64,000 nucleotides of DNA from an uncultured Alphaproteobacteria bacterium (GTDB taxonomy: Bacteria > Pseudomonadota > Alphaproteobacteria > Rs-D84). The notes under the pieces are model-generated. The model did not search any database, was not told the DNA's origin, and was given only the letters and a program-made list of their open reading frames with translations. Positions 1 through 10,548 of the stretch are shown one piece after another. The position numbers were made by a program, and so were the translations under genes. The stretch covers positions 1 through 64,000 of the forward strand of contig CAMRSV010000005.1 of the NCBI GenBank assembly GCA_947053455.1. Direction: 5' to 3'. Each line of letters starts with the position of its first letter. Position 1 is the first letter of the stretch.

Positions 1-103
1 GCCATGGCCGCAAAGCCGAAAGGATTTATCGGTTTTGTGATGTTCATGGCGACTACGGAGTGACGCCATGGCCGCAAAGCCGAAAGGCTTTGCGGCCATG
101 GCG
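1..103. repeat. 23-nt direct repeat (1-23, 65-87) and perfect 18-bp hairpin (64-81/86-103, GAAA loop) overlapping the tRNA 5' end
   Basis: gccatggccgcaaagccgaaagg occurs twice; cgccatggccgcaaagcc is the exact reverse complement of ggctttgcggccatggcg. Confidence 0.85.
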
Positions 104-176
104 AAACTGGTAGACGCGCAGCACTAAGGATGCTGTGGAGAAATCCTTGGGGGTTCAAGTCCCCCTGGCCGCACCA
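92..176 (+). tRNA. tRNA-Leu, anticodon AAG
   Basis: Cloverleaf gcggcca/tggccgc, D arm GGTAGAC, anticodon stem cagca/tgctg with loop CT-AAG-GA, long variable arm, TTCAAGT T loop, encoded CCA. Confidence 0.9.
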
Positions 177-264
177 AAATAATATTTCTTTTTAATACGG
201 CAACACCTATTTTCCACTTGCCCGGCTTTTTATAATTTTGCTAATATTTCTTTATATAGAAAGA

Positions 265-3200
265 ATGAAAGGAATCAAACGGATTTTATTTACGTTCCTT
301 GCGCCGCTGTATATAACGGGGGCGCTTGCAGACGATGCGGCCGACATCGCACGCGCGGCGGCACGGCGCACAACAACCGCGCCTACAACCACGGCCACAA
401 CTGCCACGCGTCAAAAAACGACTGCGCCCGCCGGCGCAACAATTTCACGCGCAACAAACGCGGCGGCCATCACGGCACGCGAACGCACCGGGGGCACATC
501 ACCACGCGGCGGTACAGTTGTTTCGTCGACCGCACGGACAAATACAACGGGTGCAACAAATGCAAATGTGTCTGCGCGTAACGCGTCAACGGTTCAATCC
601 CGCACACGCAGCACAACAACAGGCACAACCGCAACACGAAACGCGCGACCTACCGCAACGGCTAGCCGCGCCGCCATTACAACGTCGGCGGCACGTACCG
701 GCACAACCGCCATACAATCCCGCGCCGCGACAGGCACAATACGCACAAACGTGACGAAATCGCGCGCGGCGGCTCATACCCGGGCACGCGCCGCCACATC
801 CGCAACAACTGCAGTGACCGGAAACTATAAAAAATGCCGCGAGATTTATTATGACTGCATGGATGAATTTTGCGCAAACAAAGACACACAATTAAAACGA
901 TGTGCATGCTCATCACGTATAAATGAATTTGACGGAATAAAAAAACAACTGGCCAGTGTTGACGACAAAATGCTGGATTTCAATCAACGCCTGCTTACTG
1001 TAAATATGGACAAGGAAGATGCCAAGGCTATGTTCAATGCAACAGAAGGCGAAAAGGCATTTAACAATCAGAAAGATATGTCCGAATCAAAAAAGATTCT
1101 GGATGAAATCGCAAGTAAGTTAAACACAAAATTCGACAGCAGCAATTTTGACCAAAATTTGTCGGCTTTGTCATGGTCACTGAACGCAGACAGCGCATTT
1201 GACACCGTTGATTCAATGATGGGCGCAAGTACGACGACAAAAAGCGGCACAGGATTATATTCGGCCGCCCTGCCCATTTGCCGCGAAATGGCGATGGAGG
1301 TGTGCACCGAAGACGAATTTGCAATCGCCCAGAGTGGCTATCAAATGGCCATAGAACAAGATTGCAACACCGTTGTTAAATCATTTGAAACACAAACAGA
1401 CCAAGCACTGGAAAAAATCCGCGAAGGTGCGGCGTTGTTGGATATGTCAAGACTAGATATTTATCAAAAACGAAATTCCGACGACATATTGACATGCAAG
1501 AAAAAAATGCTGGATATGTTAAGTGATGCAAGCGTGTGCGGCAAAGACCTGGGCAGATGTCTTGATATATCAGGACGTTATATTGACCCATCAACGGGCG
1601 AAGCGTTCCTGACCACAGATTTGTCGAATATGAACAATTTAATTACGCGCCCGTCATCAACCCAAACATGGACAACGGTGCCGGGTAATGAAAAATTCGT
1701 AACATTTTTAAACGGGAAAAAGACTTTGCTGTCTGCGGCAATGGATAATTGCCAAGACATATCGGACTATGTATGGGACGAATTTTTGGAAGATGCACTG
1801 GCGCAAATAAAACTAGCCCAGGAAAGCAAACTAGAAGATGTACGGCAAAGCTGCACAACATTGACTGCACAATGTATGTCAGACACATTGGAATCATTGG
1901 CAGATTTTGACGCGCGCGCGCTATCCACATTTGGTGTTACCGCGGATAAAACAGCCAAAGCAATGTGTGCAGACGTACAAACTGCATGCTCGGCATTGTT
2001 GGATTCAATTGGCGGGACGGAATGGAAAACCGGCATGACCGAAATTGTCAACAGCGCAACATATGATACAATTATAAAAACATGCCGCGAAGTTGGACGT
2101 TCATGCATAATCCAAGCATGCAAATCAACATCTGGCAATTTTGGGTTATGTGAAAACCCACAGACATCGGTCAACCGCAAATCAATTATAAACCGCGACG
2201 CCTGTTGGGCCGAAGTGCAAAAATGCGTTGAAAACGCGGGCGACGAATCAATAAAACAAATCATGACCAACCGCAGTGACATTGATAAGACAAGCGGCGC
2301 ATTTTATAAATATGTATATGACTCCGAATACAGAATCACTAATAACGAGATAACCGTCAATGCCGATAGCGGCACACCACAAACCCGTGCAGATACAAAT
2401 AGTTACACACCATGCAGTCAACTATCAATCGATGACGCAAATGATGCAAATTGCATTTATGATATATGCGCAACCCAATGTGGATATACATATAACGCAG
2501 ATAATGGTACCACCTCCTATGACAAATTGAGTGACATAGATTGCATAAAATGTCGGTTGGCTGAAAAAATTTGGGGCAATTGTGAAGTTTCGGAAAACAC
2601 ATTGCTGTTAAACGACAAGTATCACAACAGAATAAAAATCCCCAACAATCCGGACAATGCAACACTGTTGTCATGGTTTGCGCAAAATACAGGCACAGAC
2701 AAAATGAACAACAGTTGCCAAAATACCGCATGCGGTAATGGGTTTATGCCTCAACTAGATACAGCCACAGGTACATATTATTGTGTTTCTACAAAGAATA
2801 TTGTCAATGGTAAAGCGTGCCCCAATCCCCCATATGAACGAGTCACGATTTACAACGATCTGCTAAATTGCTGCAGTGATGCAAGCGATGCCCGGGGAAC
2901 TATAATTAATGAAAAAATTTGCTGTTTAACAAACAATACCAGAAAAGTTAAAGGCTTGGATATCACTGCAAAAGAAGATTATTTTGGCAATGGAAACTAT
3001 GCATCTGGGCCAGATTTATGCCTGCCCAAGGGTCAAGATCAAAACAATACACATCTTGTTGTTGCATATGAGACCAAAGACAACCATTCTGAAAGCATTC
3101 TCCAGAGAGTATATCTTGTTTGTCTGGGTAAGCTTAAGGAAGGCTTCGAAACAAACGGAAAAAAATATGTAATGTGTTACGGGGACTTTATAATATACAC

Positions 3201-3435
3201 AAACCAGGGACAATATTATACCCCAGAATATTTACCAAACAGTAACAGTAGTTATGACAGGAATGGGACACTGCCAAATACATACTATGAAGGAAAGGCG
3301 TCTGTGAATGACCCAACAGTTCAATGCCCTTACCTTGATCTTGGGATTTGGAACAGTGCCGGTAAATGCAATCTAGAGTATCCTGACACACTACCAGAAG
3401 GATGGCTGGTAAATTATGGCAACGGAAAACCATAA
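265..3435 (+). CDS. Large secreted Cys-rich protein (CMDxFC family) with N-terminal R/A/T low-complexity region
   Basis: Signal peptide MKGIKRILF...ALA; CREIYYDCMDEFC...RCACS motif shared with paralogs; start moved to ATG 265. Confidence 0.85.
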   Translation: MKGIKRILFTFLAPLYITGALADDAADIARAAARRTTTAPTTTATTATRQKTTAPAGATISRATNAAAITARERTGGTSPRGGTVVSSTARTNTTGATNANVSARNASTVQSRTRSTTTGTTATRNARPTATASRAAITTSAARTGTTAIQSRAATGTIRTNVTKSRAAAHTRARAATSATTAVTGNYKKCREIYYDCMDEFCANKDTQLKRCACSSRINEFDGIKKQLASVDDKMLDFNQRLLTVNMDKEDAKAMFNATEGEKAFNNQKDMSESKKILDEIASKLNTKFDSSNFDQNLSALSWSLNADSAFDTVDSMMGASTTTKSGTGLYSAALPICREMAMEVCTEDEFAIAQSGYQMAIEQDCNTVVKSFETQTDQALEKIREGAALLDMSRLDIYQKRNSDDILTCKKKMLDMLSDASVCGKDLGRCLDISGRYIDPSTGEAFLTTDLSNMNNLITRPSSTQTWTTVPGNEKFVTFLNGKKTLLSAAMDNCQDISDYVWDEFLEDALAQIKLAQESKLEDVRQSCTTLTAQCMSDTLESLADFDARALSTFGVTADKTAKAMCADVQTACSALLDSIGGTEWKTGMTEIVNSATYDTIIKTCREVGRSCIIQACKSTSGNFGLCENPQTSVNRKSIINRDACWAEVQKCVENAGDESIKQIMTNRSDIDKTSGAFYKYVYDSEYRITNNEITVNADSGTPQTRADTNSYTPCSQLSIDDANDANCIYDICATQCGYTYNADNGTTSYDKLSDIDCIKCRLAEKIWGNCEVSENTLLLNDKYHNRIKIPNNPDNATLLSWFAQNTGTDKMNNSCQNTACGNGFMPQLDTATGTYYCVSTKNIVNGKACPNPPYERVTIYNDLLNCCSDASDARGTIINEKICCLTNNTRKVKGLDITAKEDYFGNGNYASGPDLCLPKGQDQNNTHLVVAYETKDNHSESILQRVYLVCLGKLKEGFETNGKKYVMCYGDFIIYTNQGQYYTPEYLPNSNSSYDRNGTLPNTYYEGKASVNDPTVQCPYLDLGIWNSAGKCNLEYPDTLPEGWLVNYGNGKP

Positions 3436-3550
3436 ACAAATTAAAACGGAATCTATACCTATGCTCCAACACCAGAAAAGTGTTGACAAAGCATATTATT
3501 TTGTCGTAATATTAGGAACATAAAGAAACTTGCAAACAAAAGGTAAAAAA

Positions 3551-4039
3551 ATGAAATTCAAAAAAGTATTACCATATAAACTACGCCGCGTATTGCCGAT
3601 ATTGGGTTTTGCCGGTGCAACACTGGCCGGATGCAGCAAGGATGATGAACCCGCAATCCAACAACACGACACAGTTTATAATTGGGGACGTGATGATGTA
3701 TCCCAAGTATGGCCAACAGACAACATAAATGCATCAGCGGATTCGGTTCAGGTTAGACGCGTTATTCTGCAAATGAATGACACCAGATGGGGTTCTGATG
3801 TTAATGGTGTTGGTGGTGCGGATGATTGTTGGATTTTGAATGAATATGTCACCCCCCTTTGGGATAATATAAAGGAATCAAACCGGCATAAGGTTATATT
3901 TAAAGGACCTGCATACAATGTAGAAAAACCGACAACCGATGAACAAAAACAAGCACATTATATTTTGGAAAACAATTTTGGAATATTTCATGCGTATGTT
4001 GGCCATGCCCTGCCAACAAGTCAACAATCACAACGTTAA
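3551..4039 (+). CDS. Hypothetical lipoprotein
   Basis: SD aggt before ATG 3551; lipobox LAGC followed by SKDDEP. Confidence 0.75.
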   Translation: MKFKKVLPYKLRRVLPILGFAGATLAGCSKDDEPAIQQHDTVYNWGRDDVSQVWPTDNINASADSVQVRRVILQMNDTRWGSDVNGVGGADDCWILNEYVTPLWDNIKESNRHKVIFKGPAYNVEKPTTDEQKQAHYILENNFGIFHAYVGHALPTSQQSQR

Positions 4040-4055
4040 AACAAAGGTTAAAAAT

Positions 4056-4083
4056 AAAAAATCCGGCAAAGCCGGATTTTTTT
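4056..4083. terminator. Intrinsic terminator
   Basis: aaaaaatccggc-aaa-gccggattttttt. Confidence 0.8.
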
Positions 4084-4121
4084 ATTGCACAAACAAACCA
4101 ATATGTTCTACCATTTTTACT

Positions 4122-5216
4122 ATGAAGAATATAGGAACCTCTTTTTTACTTGCCCTTTTTATTATGCAACTTGGTACAAATTGCTTTGCCGACAATACCT
4201 GTGGTACCGATACATGCAAAGACGGCCAATATTGTAACGAATATAAATCACCAACTAATGGTACAGTCACGTTCCGATGTGAAGCATGCGACCCCAAATA
4301 CGCAAATTCTTCGCCAGAAACAACAGACAACTTTCAAACTATAGGACAAAGTGCGTGTTTCAAATATGCACAAACACAGGAAATAGAAAATGGGCACAAA
4401 ATACCTACGGGCGAAGAATGCCGTATTTATTATAATAAAGAAGATACATGCACCTATACAATAGAATGTGACAATACCAGTGACTTGTGTAATGGTTATC
4501 ATCCAGACGGTAAACAATGCGTGAAAAATCAACAGAGTTGCACCATAAATGAACTAAATTCACTTAATGCCTCTAAAGGTGTTAAAATATGGGAAAACGG
4601 CAAATGGTCATCATGCTATGCCACAGAATGCAAAAATGATTACCACGGGGAAAATGAGCAACAATTTACTTGTAATGGTACATATTATTACAAGGATTGC
4701 GCCGTCAATCGTGGAACATGCGAAGATAAAACATTTTATAATGATTGTCCCGGAAAAGTCACAGGGGAATTTAGTTGGGCAAATCAATATCGATTTGATA
4801 ACTGTAAGTGTGAAATGGAAGATAAAGATATTACTAACGGAAAAGCCAAATTAATATGCAGTGTAATAAAGAAACCAGGTGCAATATTAAATTCAGCAGA
4901 TAATTTCATGTGGGATATGAATAATTGTGAAACAGCCGTGACCAGCTGTGATGAGGGGTTTTGCGAACAAAATAAAGCATGTCTTGCTGCGCCGATTGGA
5001 ACATATAGCGGTGCCGGTGAAACATCGTGTAACGAATGCCCCAACGCGTCAACAACAATGCATGTCGGCAGCACAAATATAACAGATTGCGCTTATAAAC
5101 GCGGAAATGATGGCACAAAATTCTGTGACAAATATGGGTGCTTTTATCTGCAAACGCTTCCGGGCACAGATGGCACCGATAACAAAGCACGCCAATATAT
5201 CATGTACAAAAACTAA
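4122..5216 (+). CDS. Secreted Cys-rich repeat protein
   Basis: Signal peptide MKNIGTSFLLALF...CFA; many CxxC/CxxGY motifs; C-terminal CPNASTT...ITDC; the longer ORF start (3939) crosses a terminator. Confidence 0.8.
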   Translation: MKNIGTSFLLALFIMQLGTNCFADNTCGTDTCKDGQYCNEYKSPTNGTVTFRCEACDPKYANSSPETTDNFQTIGQSACFKYAQTQEIENGHKIPTGEECRIYYNKEDTCTYTIECDNTSDLCNGYHPDGKQCVKNQQSCTINELNSLNASKGVKIWENGKWSSCYATECKNDYHGENEQQFTCNGTYYYKDCAVNRGTCEDKTFYNDCPGKVTGEFSWANQYRFDNCKCEMEDKDITNGKAKLICSVIKKPGAILNSADNFMWDMNNCETAVTSCDEGFCEQNKACLAAPIGTYSGAGETSCNECPNASTTMHVGSTNITDCAYKRGNDGTKFCDKYGCFYLQTLPGTDGTDNKARQYIMYKN

Positions 5217-5734
5217 AACAATTTAATCTGTTGTATTGCGTCTTGTACTGCGCGCATCTCATCAGCATTGAATTTGCCCAGAACCCAATCTGCCGGGTCT
5301 ATTTTCAAATCAGTATCGCGCGGATGTCCAATTCCAATTCTAATACGCCTATAATCACGACCAACCGCGGCATCAATTGATTTTATACCATTGTGCCCCG
5401 CACTGCCGCCACCGACTTTTTCACGTACTGCGCCCAATTTCAAATCCATATCGTCATGAATTACAATTAAATTTTCCAGCGGCACCTTGTAAAATGTCAT
5501 TTGTGCCAACACCGCCGCACCCGATAAATTCATATATGTTGTCGGTCGAACAAATATTACGCGCCGCCCATCCACATCTGTCCGCGCGGTCAACGCGTTT
5601 TTTTCACTTCGCCAATTGGCATCCGCACCCGCCATATTTTCCACCGCCATAAACCCAACATTGTGACGCGTTGACGCGTATTGCGCCCCGGGATTGCCCA
5701 GCCCCACCACTATAACAGGTTTATTTTCTTGCAT
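5213..5734 (-). CDS. pth: Peptidyl-tRNA hydrolase
   Basis: VGLGNPG, TRHNVGF, HDDMDL, GHNGIKS motifs. Confidence 0.97.
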   Translation of the reverse strand: MQENKPVIVVGLGNPGAQYASTRHNVGFMAVENMAGADANWRSEKNALTARTDVDGRRVIFVRPTTYMNLSGAAVLAQMTFYKVPLENLIVIHDDMDLKLGAVREKVGGGSAGHNGIKSIDAAVGRDYRRIRIGIGHPRDTDLKIDPADWVLGKFNADEMRAVQDAIQQIKLF

Positions 5735-5781
5735 ATCTGCCCCTCTTTTTTCTATTATAATATCATAGAAAGGAGCAAAAT

Positions 5782-6324
5782 ATGAAATTAAAATCAGCAG
5801 GGGTCGTTGCCACCCTTATCATGGCCGGCGCGACAAATGCAAATGCCAATATTCTGTTCGATATTTACGCGGGCGCAACCGTCGGCATGGGCGCCGAAAC
5901 AATGTTCGCAGGACACGACAATGACACCGCCGCCGCCCAGGCATACGGTGCCGTGGTTGGGTTGGACATTCCATTCGTGCGCGGCGAATTAGAATATAAC
6001 TATCTGGACGGCAAAGATATTGACATGCACCTGGGCATGGTTAACGTTTATGCCAAAATGCCAACCCCGATAGTTCAGCCCTATATCGGTGCCGGTGTCG
6101 GTACAATATTTGACGGAAAAATCAAGGATGCGCACAACATTGACATTGACGCCGACATGGCATATCAGGCAATGGTGGGTGTGACATTCAATCTGCCGAT
6201 TATGCCGTTAAAAATTGACGCAGAGGCACGCGCACTTTACATCCAAGACGTGTATAAAATCGAAGGCGCAACACCAGATATGTTGCACTATGACGCGCGC
6301 GTGAAATTGCGTTATATATTCTAA
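5782..6324 (+). CDS. Outer membrane beta-barrel protein (OmpA/Opa-like 8-stranded family)
   Basis: Signal peptide, RGELEY, PYIGAGVG, AYQAMVG, C-terminal LRYIF barrel signal. Confidence 0.8.
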   Translation: MKLKSAGVVATLIMAGATNANANILFDIYAGATVGMGAETMFAGHDNDTAAAQAYGAVVGLDIPFVRGELEYNYLDGKDIDMHLGMVNVYAKMPTPIVQPYIGAGVGTIFDGKIKDAHNIDIDADMAYQAMVGVTFNLPIMPLKIDAEARALYIQDVYKIEGATPDMLHYDARVKLRYIF

Positions 6325-6389
6325 ATATATCTAAATAAAGTAAACTCTGGGGCGCCGACGCGCCCCTAATTAAAAGCTGGAATTGAAAA

Positions 6390-9173
6390 ATGTTGACACT
6401 GATTGACGGAAACTCGTTATTATTTCGCGCGTATTATGGCGTACACAGTCGCTTAACGCGCAGTGACGGGGTTCCAACCGGTGCGGTGTTCGGATTTTTC
6501 AATATGATATTGCCGATATTGGCGGCGGCAAAGCCCGACGATGCATTCGTATGCGTATTTGACGCGTCACGCATCACATTCCGCCAAGATATTTACCCGG
6601 CGTATAAAATGAACCGCTCTGAAACACCGGCGGATCTTATCACCCAGGGCGTAATGATACGCGAAGGCATGGCAGCCGTCGGAATGCCAGTGCTATGCAT
6701 TCCAGGGGTCGAAGCAGATGATGTAATCGCAACGCTGGCACGTGAAAACTGTACCCATACAGATGCAACCCGTATTATCACCAGTGATAAAGACTTGATG
6801 CAATTGGTGTCGGATTGTGTATATCTTTACGATGGAATGAAGGCACGTGATATCCGCACACCAGAAGTTCTGGAAAAATTCGGTGTCACGCCAGACCGCG
6901 TTGTTGACGTGCAAAGCCTGATGGGCGATTCTACCGATAATGTACCCGGGGTTCCCGGCATTGGCCCGAAAAAGGCCGCCGAACTGATAAATCAATTTGG
7001 GTCACTAGATGCGCTGTATGAACATTTGGATGACATTACAAACGAACGTACGCGAAATCTGCTGCGCGACAACCGCGAAATGGCGTACATATCAAAAAAA
7101 CTTGTCACACTTAAAAATGACGTTGATTTATCCGAATTGCGCATTACGCCGTTTGTCTTTAATACGCCGGCGGCGCTGGAATTTGTAAAGGTCAAGTTGG
7201 AGAGCAATTCACTGGTCGCGAAAATTGAAAAACTGTTTCCGCTGGAAAAATATAATCCAGACGAACAACCGGCGGTATTTCAATACCCTGCATCAGAATG
7301 CCCGGTTGATATTGCACCAACGCCGGAAACACCACGCCCCACCCCGCGCGCCCGACAAATGACATATGAAACTATTACAACACCTGCCGAACTGGACGAA
7401 TTTTTGGGGCGCGTAAAAAATGTAATCGCATTTGATACGGAAACAACCGGCCTAAATCAAATGACGGACAAAATCGTCGGTATATCGGTCGCAGCAGATG
7501 CAACACACGGCGCATATATTCCAATTAGACACCGCGGCGGCAGCAGCGATTTGTTCGCCACAAACGATATTGCCCCAAATCAATTGCCAATTGAAACTGT
7601 TCGTGAAAAATTATGGCCGATATTCATCAATCCAAACATAGTAAAAATTGGGCATAATATGAAATATGACCTGCATATTATGGAGAATGAGGGCTGGGAC
7701 ACCACTAAAATCGCACCTATTGATGACACGATGCTGATATCATACGCCCTGCATGGCACATTACACGGACACGGATTGGATGAACTGGCGCTAAAATATC
7801 TGGGGCATGAAAACATTTCGTTTGTGTCCCTGTTTCCAAGTACAACGCGCGATGCAGACCGGCGATTCGATACACTGTCGATTGATGCCGCCACACCTTA
7901 TGCCGCCGAAGATGCAACCGTATGCTTTGCGCTTTATGAACTAATGCGACCAGAACTGAACGCGGATGAAAAATTACGCGAACTGTACGAGAGTTGCGAT
8001 TTACCACTGATGCCGATTTTAATGCGAATGGAACGCACTGGTGTATTGGTGGACAAACATGACCTGCAACAATTATCAAACGTGTTCCATGCACAACTAA
8101 TAAAATTAGAACAGGAAATTTGGGACTTGGCCGGCCACCAGTTTAATATTGGCAGTCCAAAGCAACTGGGCACCGTACTGTTTGACGAACTGGGGCTGCC
8201 TGCGAATAAAAAGCGTTCGACTGATGCGGATACATTAAACGAACTGATTGACACACATCCGATTATCGAAAAGATTCTTAATTGGCGTTCAAACGCAAAA
8301 CTGGCCGGCACTTACGCGGACGCGTTGCCGCGCCAAATTGCCACCGACGGCAGAATTCACACAACATATCTGCAAACCAGTACTAATACCGGACGCCTGT
8401 CCAGCCGGAACCCAAATCTGCAAAACATTCCGATAAAGACCGATGTTGGCGAACAAATTCGAAAATGCTTTGTTGCGCCTGCGGGCAAATTGCTTATATC
8501 GGCGGACTATTCCCAGATACAATTGCGATTATTGGCGGATGTGGCGGATGTTCACACATTCCGCGAAACATTTAAGACGGGCGCTGACATTCACGAACAA
8601 ACCGCACGTAAAATATTCGGCATTCCAGACAACGCGCCGGTACCAAAAGATTTGCGCAGAGCCGCAAAAACGGTGAACTTTTCAATCATTTATGGAATAT
8701 CTTCGTTTGGCCTGGCGACGCAACTGGGCGTTTCGCGCCAAGAGGCACAAAGCATCATCAATTCATATATGGCGGGACTGCATGAGATTAATGACTATAT
8801 GGAACGCGTAAAGAAATTCGCAACTGAAAACGCATGCGTTTACACCCCGTGGGGACGCCGCATTGAATTGCCGGAAATAAAAAATCCGCGTTTGCGCGCA
8901 TATGCGCTGCGCGCGGCCATTAACGCCCCAATCCAGGGATTCGAGGCCGACTTGATGCGGCGCGCAATGATTGAAATTGACCGAAACATAATACAACCCA
9001 ATTCTGATAAAATCCGCATGATTATGCAGGTTCACGATGAAATAATATTTGAATGCGATGCAGATATGGCCACCGATTTTGCAAAACAAATTGAATTTGC
9101 AATGGAAAATGTTGCCGTATTATCGGTGCCGCTGGCGGCGGATTATGTAATCGACCCATATTGGGGGAAATAA
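6390..9173 (+). CDS. polA: DNA polymerase I
   Basis: LIDGNSLLFRAY 5'-3' exo, FDTETTGL 3'-5' exo, ADYSQIQLR and QVHDE polymerase motifs. Confidence 0.98.
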   Translation: MLTLIDGNSLLFRAYYGVHSRLTRSDGVPTGAVFGFFNMILPILAAAKPDDAFVCVFDASRITFRQDIYPAYKMNRSETPADLITQGVMIREGMAAVGMPVLCIPGVEADDVIATLARENCTHTDATRIITSDKDLMQLVSDCVYLYDGMKARDIRTPEVLEKFGVTPDRVVDVQSLMGDSTDNVPGVPGIGPKKAAELINQFGSLDALYEHLDDITNERTRNLLRDNREMAYISKKLVTLKNDVDLSELRITPFVFNTPAALEFVKVKLESNSLVAKIEKLFPLEKYNPDEQPAVFQYPASECPVDIAPTPETPRPTPRARQMTYETITTPAELDEFLGRVKNVIAFDTETTGLNQMTDKIVGISVAADATHGAYIPIRHRGGSSDLFATNDIAPNQLPIETVREKLWPIFINPNIVKIGHNMKYDLHIMENEGWDTTKIAPIDDTMLISYALHGTLHGHGLDELALKYLGHENISFVSLFPSTTRDADRRFDTLSIDAATPYAAEDATVCFALYELMRPELNADEKLRELYESCDLPLMPILMRMERTGVLVDKHDLQQLSNVFHAQLIKLEQEIWDLAGHQFNIGSPKQLGTVLFDELGLPANKKRSTDADTLNELIDTHPIIEKILNWRSNAKLAGTYADALPRQIATDGRIHTTYLQTSTNTGRLSSRNPNLQNIPIKTDVGEQIRKCFVAPAGKLLISADYSQIQLRLLADVADVHTFRETFKTGADIHEQTARKIFGIPDNAPVPKDLRRAAKTVNFSIIYGISSFGLATQLGVSRQEAQSIINSYMAGLHEINDYMERVKKFATENACVYTPWGRRIELPEIKNPRLRAYALRAAINAPIQGFEADLMRRAMIEIDRNIIQPNSDKIRMIMQVHDEIIFECDADMATDFAKQIEFAMENVAVLSVPLAADYVIDPYWGK

Positions 9174-9177
9174 AAAA

Positions 9178-9939
9178 TCAATTACGCAAATATTGCCGCA
9201 GGTGTTCGCGTGTTGCCTCTTCGCAAGTGGTTCGCAATTTCGTTAATTCCACTCTTACATCGCGTGGGATATGGTGCTTTATGTCAAAAAGCTTGTAATT
9301 ACCAAATGTCATATATTTATCCGCCATTTTATGAAACAGATGCGAATAATTAACAGATTTGCAATTTATGCACTTTATTAAATTCTGTTTATAATCTGTG
9401 TCTTGGCTGTTATATCCACAATATTCGGCAATAATGTCCGCATATTTAGGGAAATAGTGCGCCATACGGTTTGACAATAAGTGAATACCATTATAAGCCG
9501 CCATTAACATTTCATAACGATTGCGCGGCGATTCACCATAAAGATATCCGGCGGCATAGGCGGACGCCTCTTCAATCGCGCATAGCATCGGAATCTGATA
9601 ATAATTCTTTATGCCCCAAGGTAAAGCACAATCACTTTTGCTATTTTGTAAATGTTTCATCTCATGTGCTAGTACGCGTTTCTCGCTAATATTCGATAAT
9701 TTTTTATAAATTACATCATCCGGGCTTAAATTTAAAGAATTTGACACTGTATATCTATAGATAATGATACGAGTTTTATATCTATTTGCCTCTCCTGTTT
9801 TCATAAAACCGGTACGAATTCTATCTATATTAAATTCATTTATTGTTACATTTTTATATCTGATTTCCGGATTACAAATCCGCACCGGTTGAGCGGTACT
9901 GCAAAAACATAATAAAAATCTTTCATAAATACTAAACAT
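9178..9939 (-). CDS. Hypothetical protein with HExxH motif (possible zinc metallopeptidase)
   Basis: 253-aa AT-rich ORF; VLAHEMKHLQ followed by EEASAY. Confidence 0.6.
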   Translation of the reverse strand: MFSIYERFLLCFCSTAQPVRICNPEIRYKNVTINEFNIDRIRTGFMKTGEANRYKTRIIIYRYTVSNSLNLSPDDVIYKKLSNISEKRVLAHEMKHLQNSKSDCALPWGIKNYYQIPMLCAIEEASAYAAGYLYGESPRNRYEMLMAAYNGIHLLSNRMAHYFPKYADIIAEYCGYNSQDTDYKQNLIKCINCKSVNYSHLFHKMADKYMTFGNYKLFDIKHHIPRDVRVELTKLRTTCEEATREHLRQYLRN

Positions 9940-10001
9940 TTGTACTCATTATTACACGGATAAAAAACACCCGCGCATTTGGCGCGGATGTTTTTTTATC
10001 C

Positions 10002-10086
10002 TGGTGGCCCTGGTCGGACTCGAACCGACACTCCTTGCAGAACTTGATTTTGAGTCAAGCGCGTCTACCAATTCCGCCACGGGGCC
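10002..10086 (-). tRNA. tRNA-Leu, anticodon CAA
   Basis: Reverse complement ggccccgtggcggaattggtagacgcgcttga-CTCAAAA-tcaag...ggttcgagtcc...CCA. Confidence 0.93.
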
Positions 10087-10102
10087 ATGACGCAAGAGCG
10101 AA

Positions 10103-10474
10103 TTATTTCGCCGCCTTTTTTGCATCAACCTTTTTAACCAAACGTGCACTGCGTGTTGGCTTGTGCACAGGTTTTTTGGCGGGCGCATCCGCTTTGCCGA
10201 CTTTCTTTTCAATGGCCTTTTTAATTGCAGCCATTTCTTCGGTCAAGCGAGATACAGGTTTCGCCATAACATATCCATCCAAACCACCGTGCTTGGTCAA
10301 TGTACGCAAACCTGCCGTTGAAATACGCAACGAAAAATCGCGACCCAAAATATCACTGTGGAACTTTAATTTTTGCAAATTCGGCAAGAATGTACGCTTC
10401 GTATGACGCATAGAGTGGGAAACATTCATCCCAACTTCTGTTTTCTTACCTGTAACTTTACATACACGTGGCAT
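10103..10474 (-). CDS. rpmB: 50S ribosomal protein L28 with Lys-rich C-terminal extension
   Basis: MPRVCKVTGKK...NVSHS...TKRTFLPNLQ. Confidence 0.95.
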   Translation of the reverse strand: MPRVCKVTGKKTEVGMNVSHSMRHTKRTFLPNLQKLKFHSDILGRDFSLRISTAGLRTLTKHGGLDGYVMAKPVSRLTEEMAAIKKAIEKKVGKADAPAKKPVHKPTRSARLVKKVDAKKAAK

Positions 10475-10548
10475 AGTAATAATCCTTTTAACTCGGCATA
10501 ATTTATAACAAAAAACTTTAAAAGTCAAGTGCTGTTTTTACATTTTAA

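Noticed and set aside
3939-4121. Longer N-terminus of the Cys-rich ORF
   Set aside because: Overlaps the upstream gene and its terminator; the signal peptide begins at 4122
9952-10212. ORFs overlapping tRNAs (also 19336..19596, 49681..49872, 49698..49889)
   Set aside because: Spurious frames across tRNA genes
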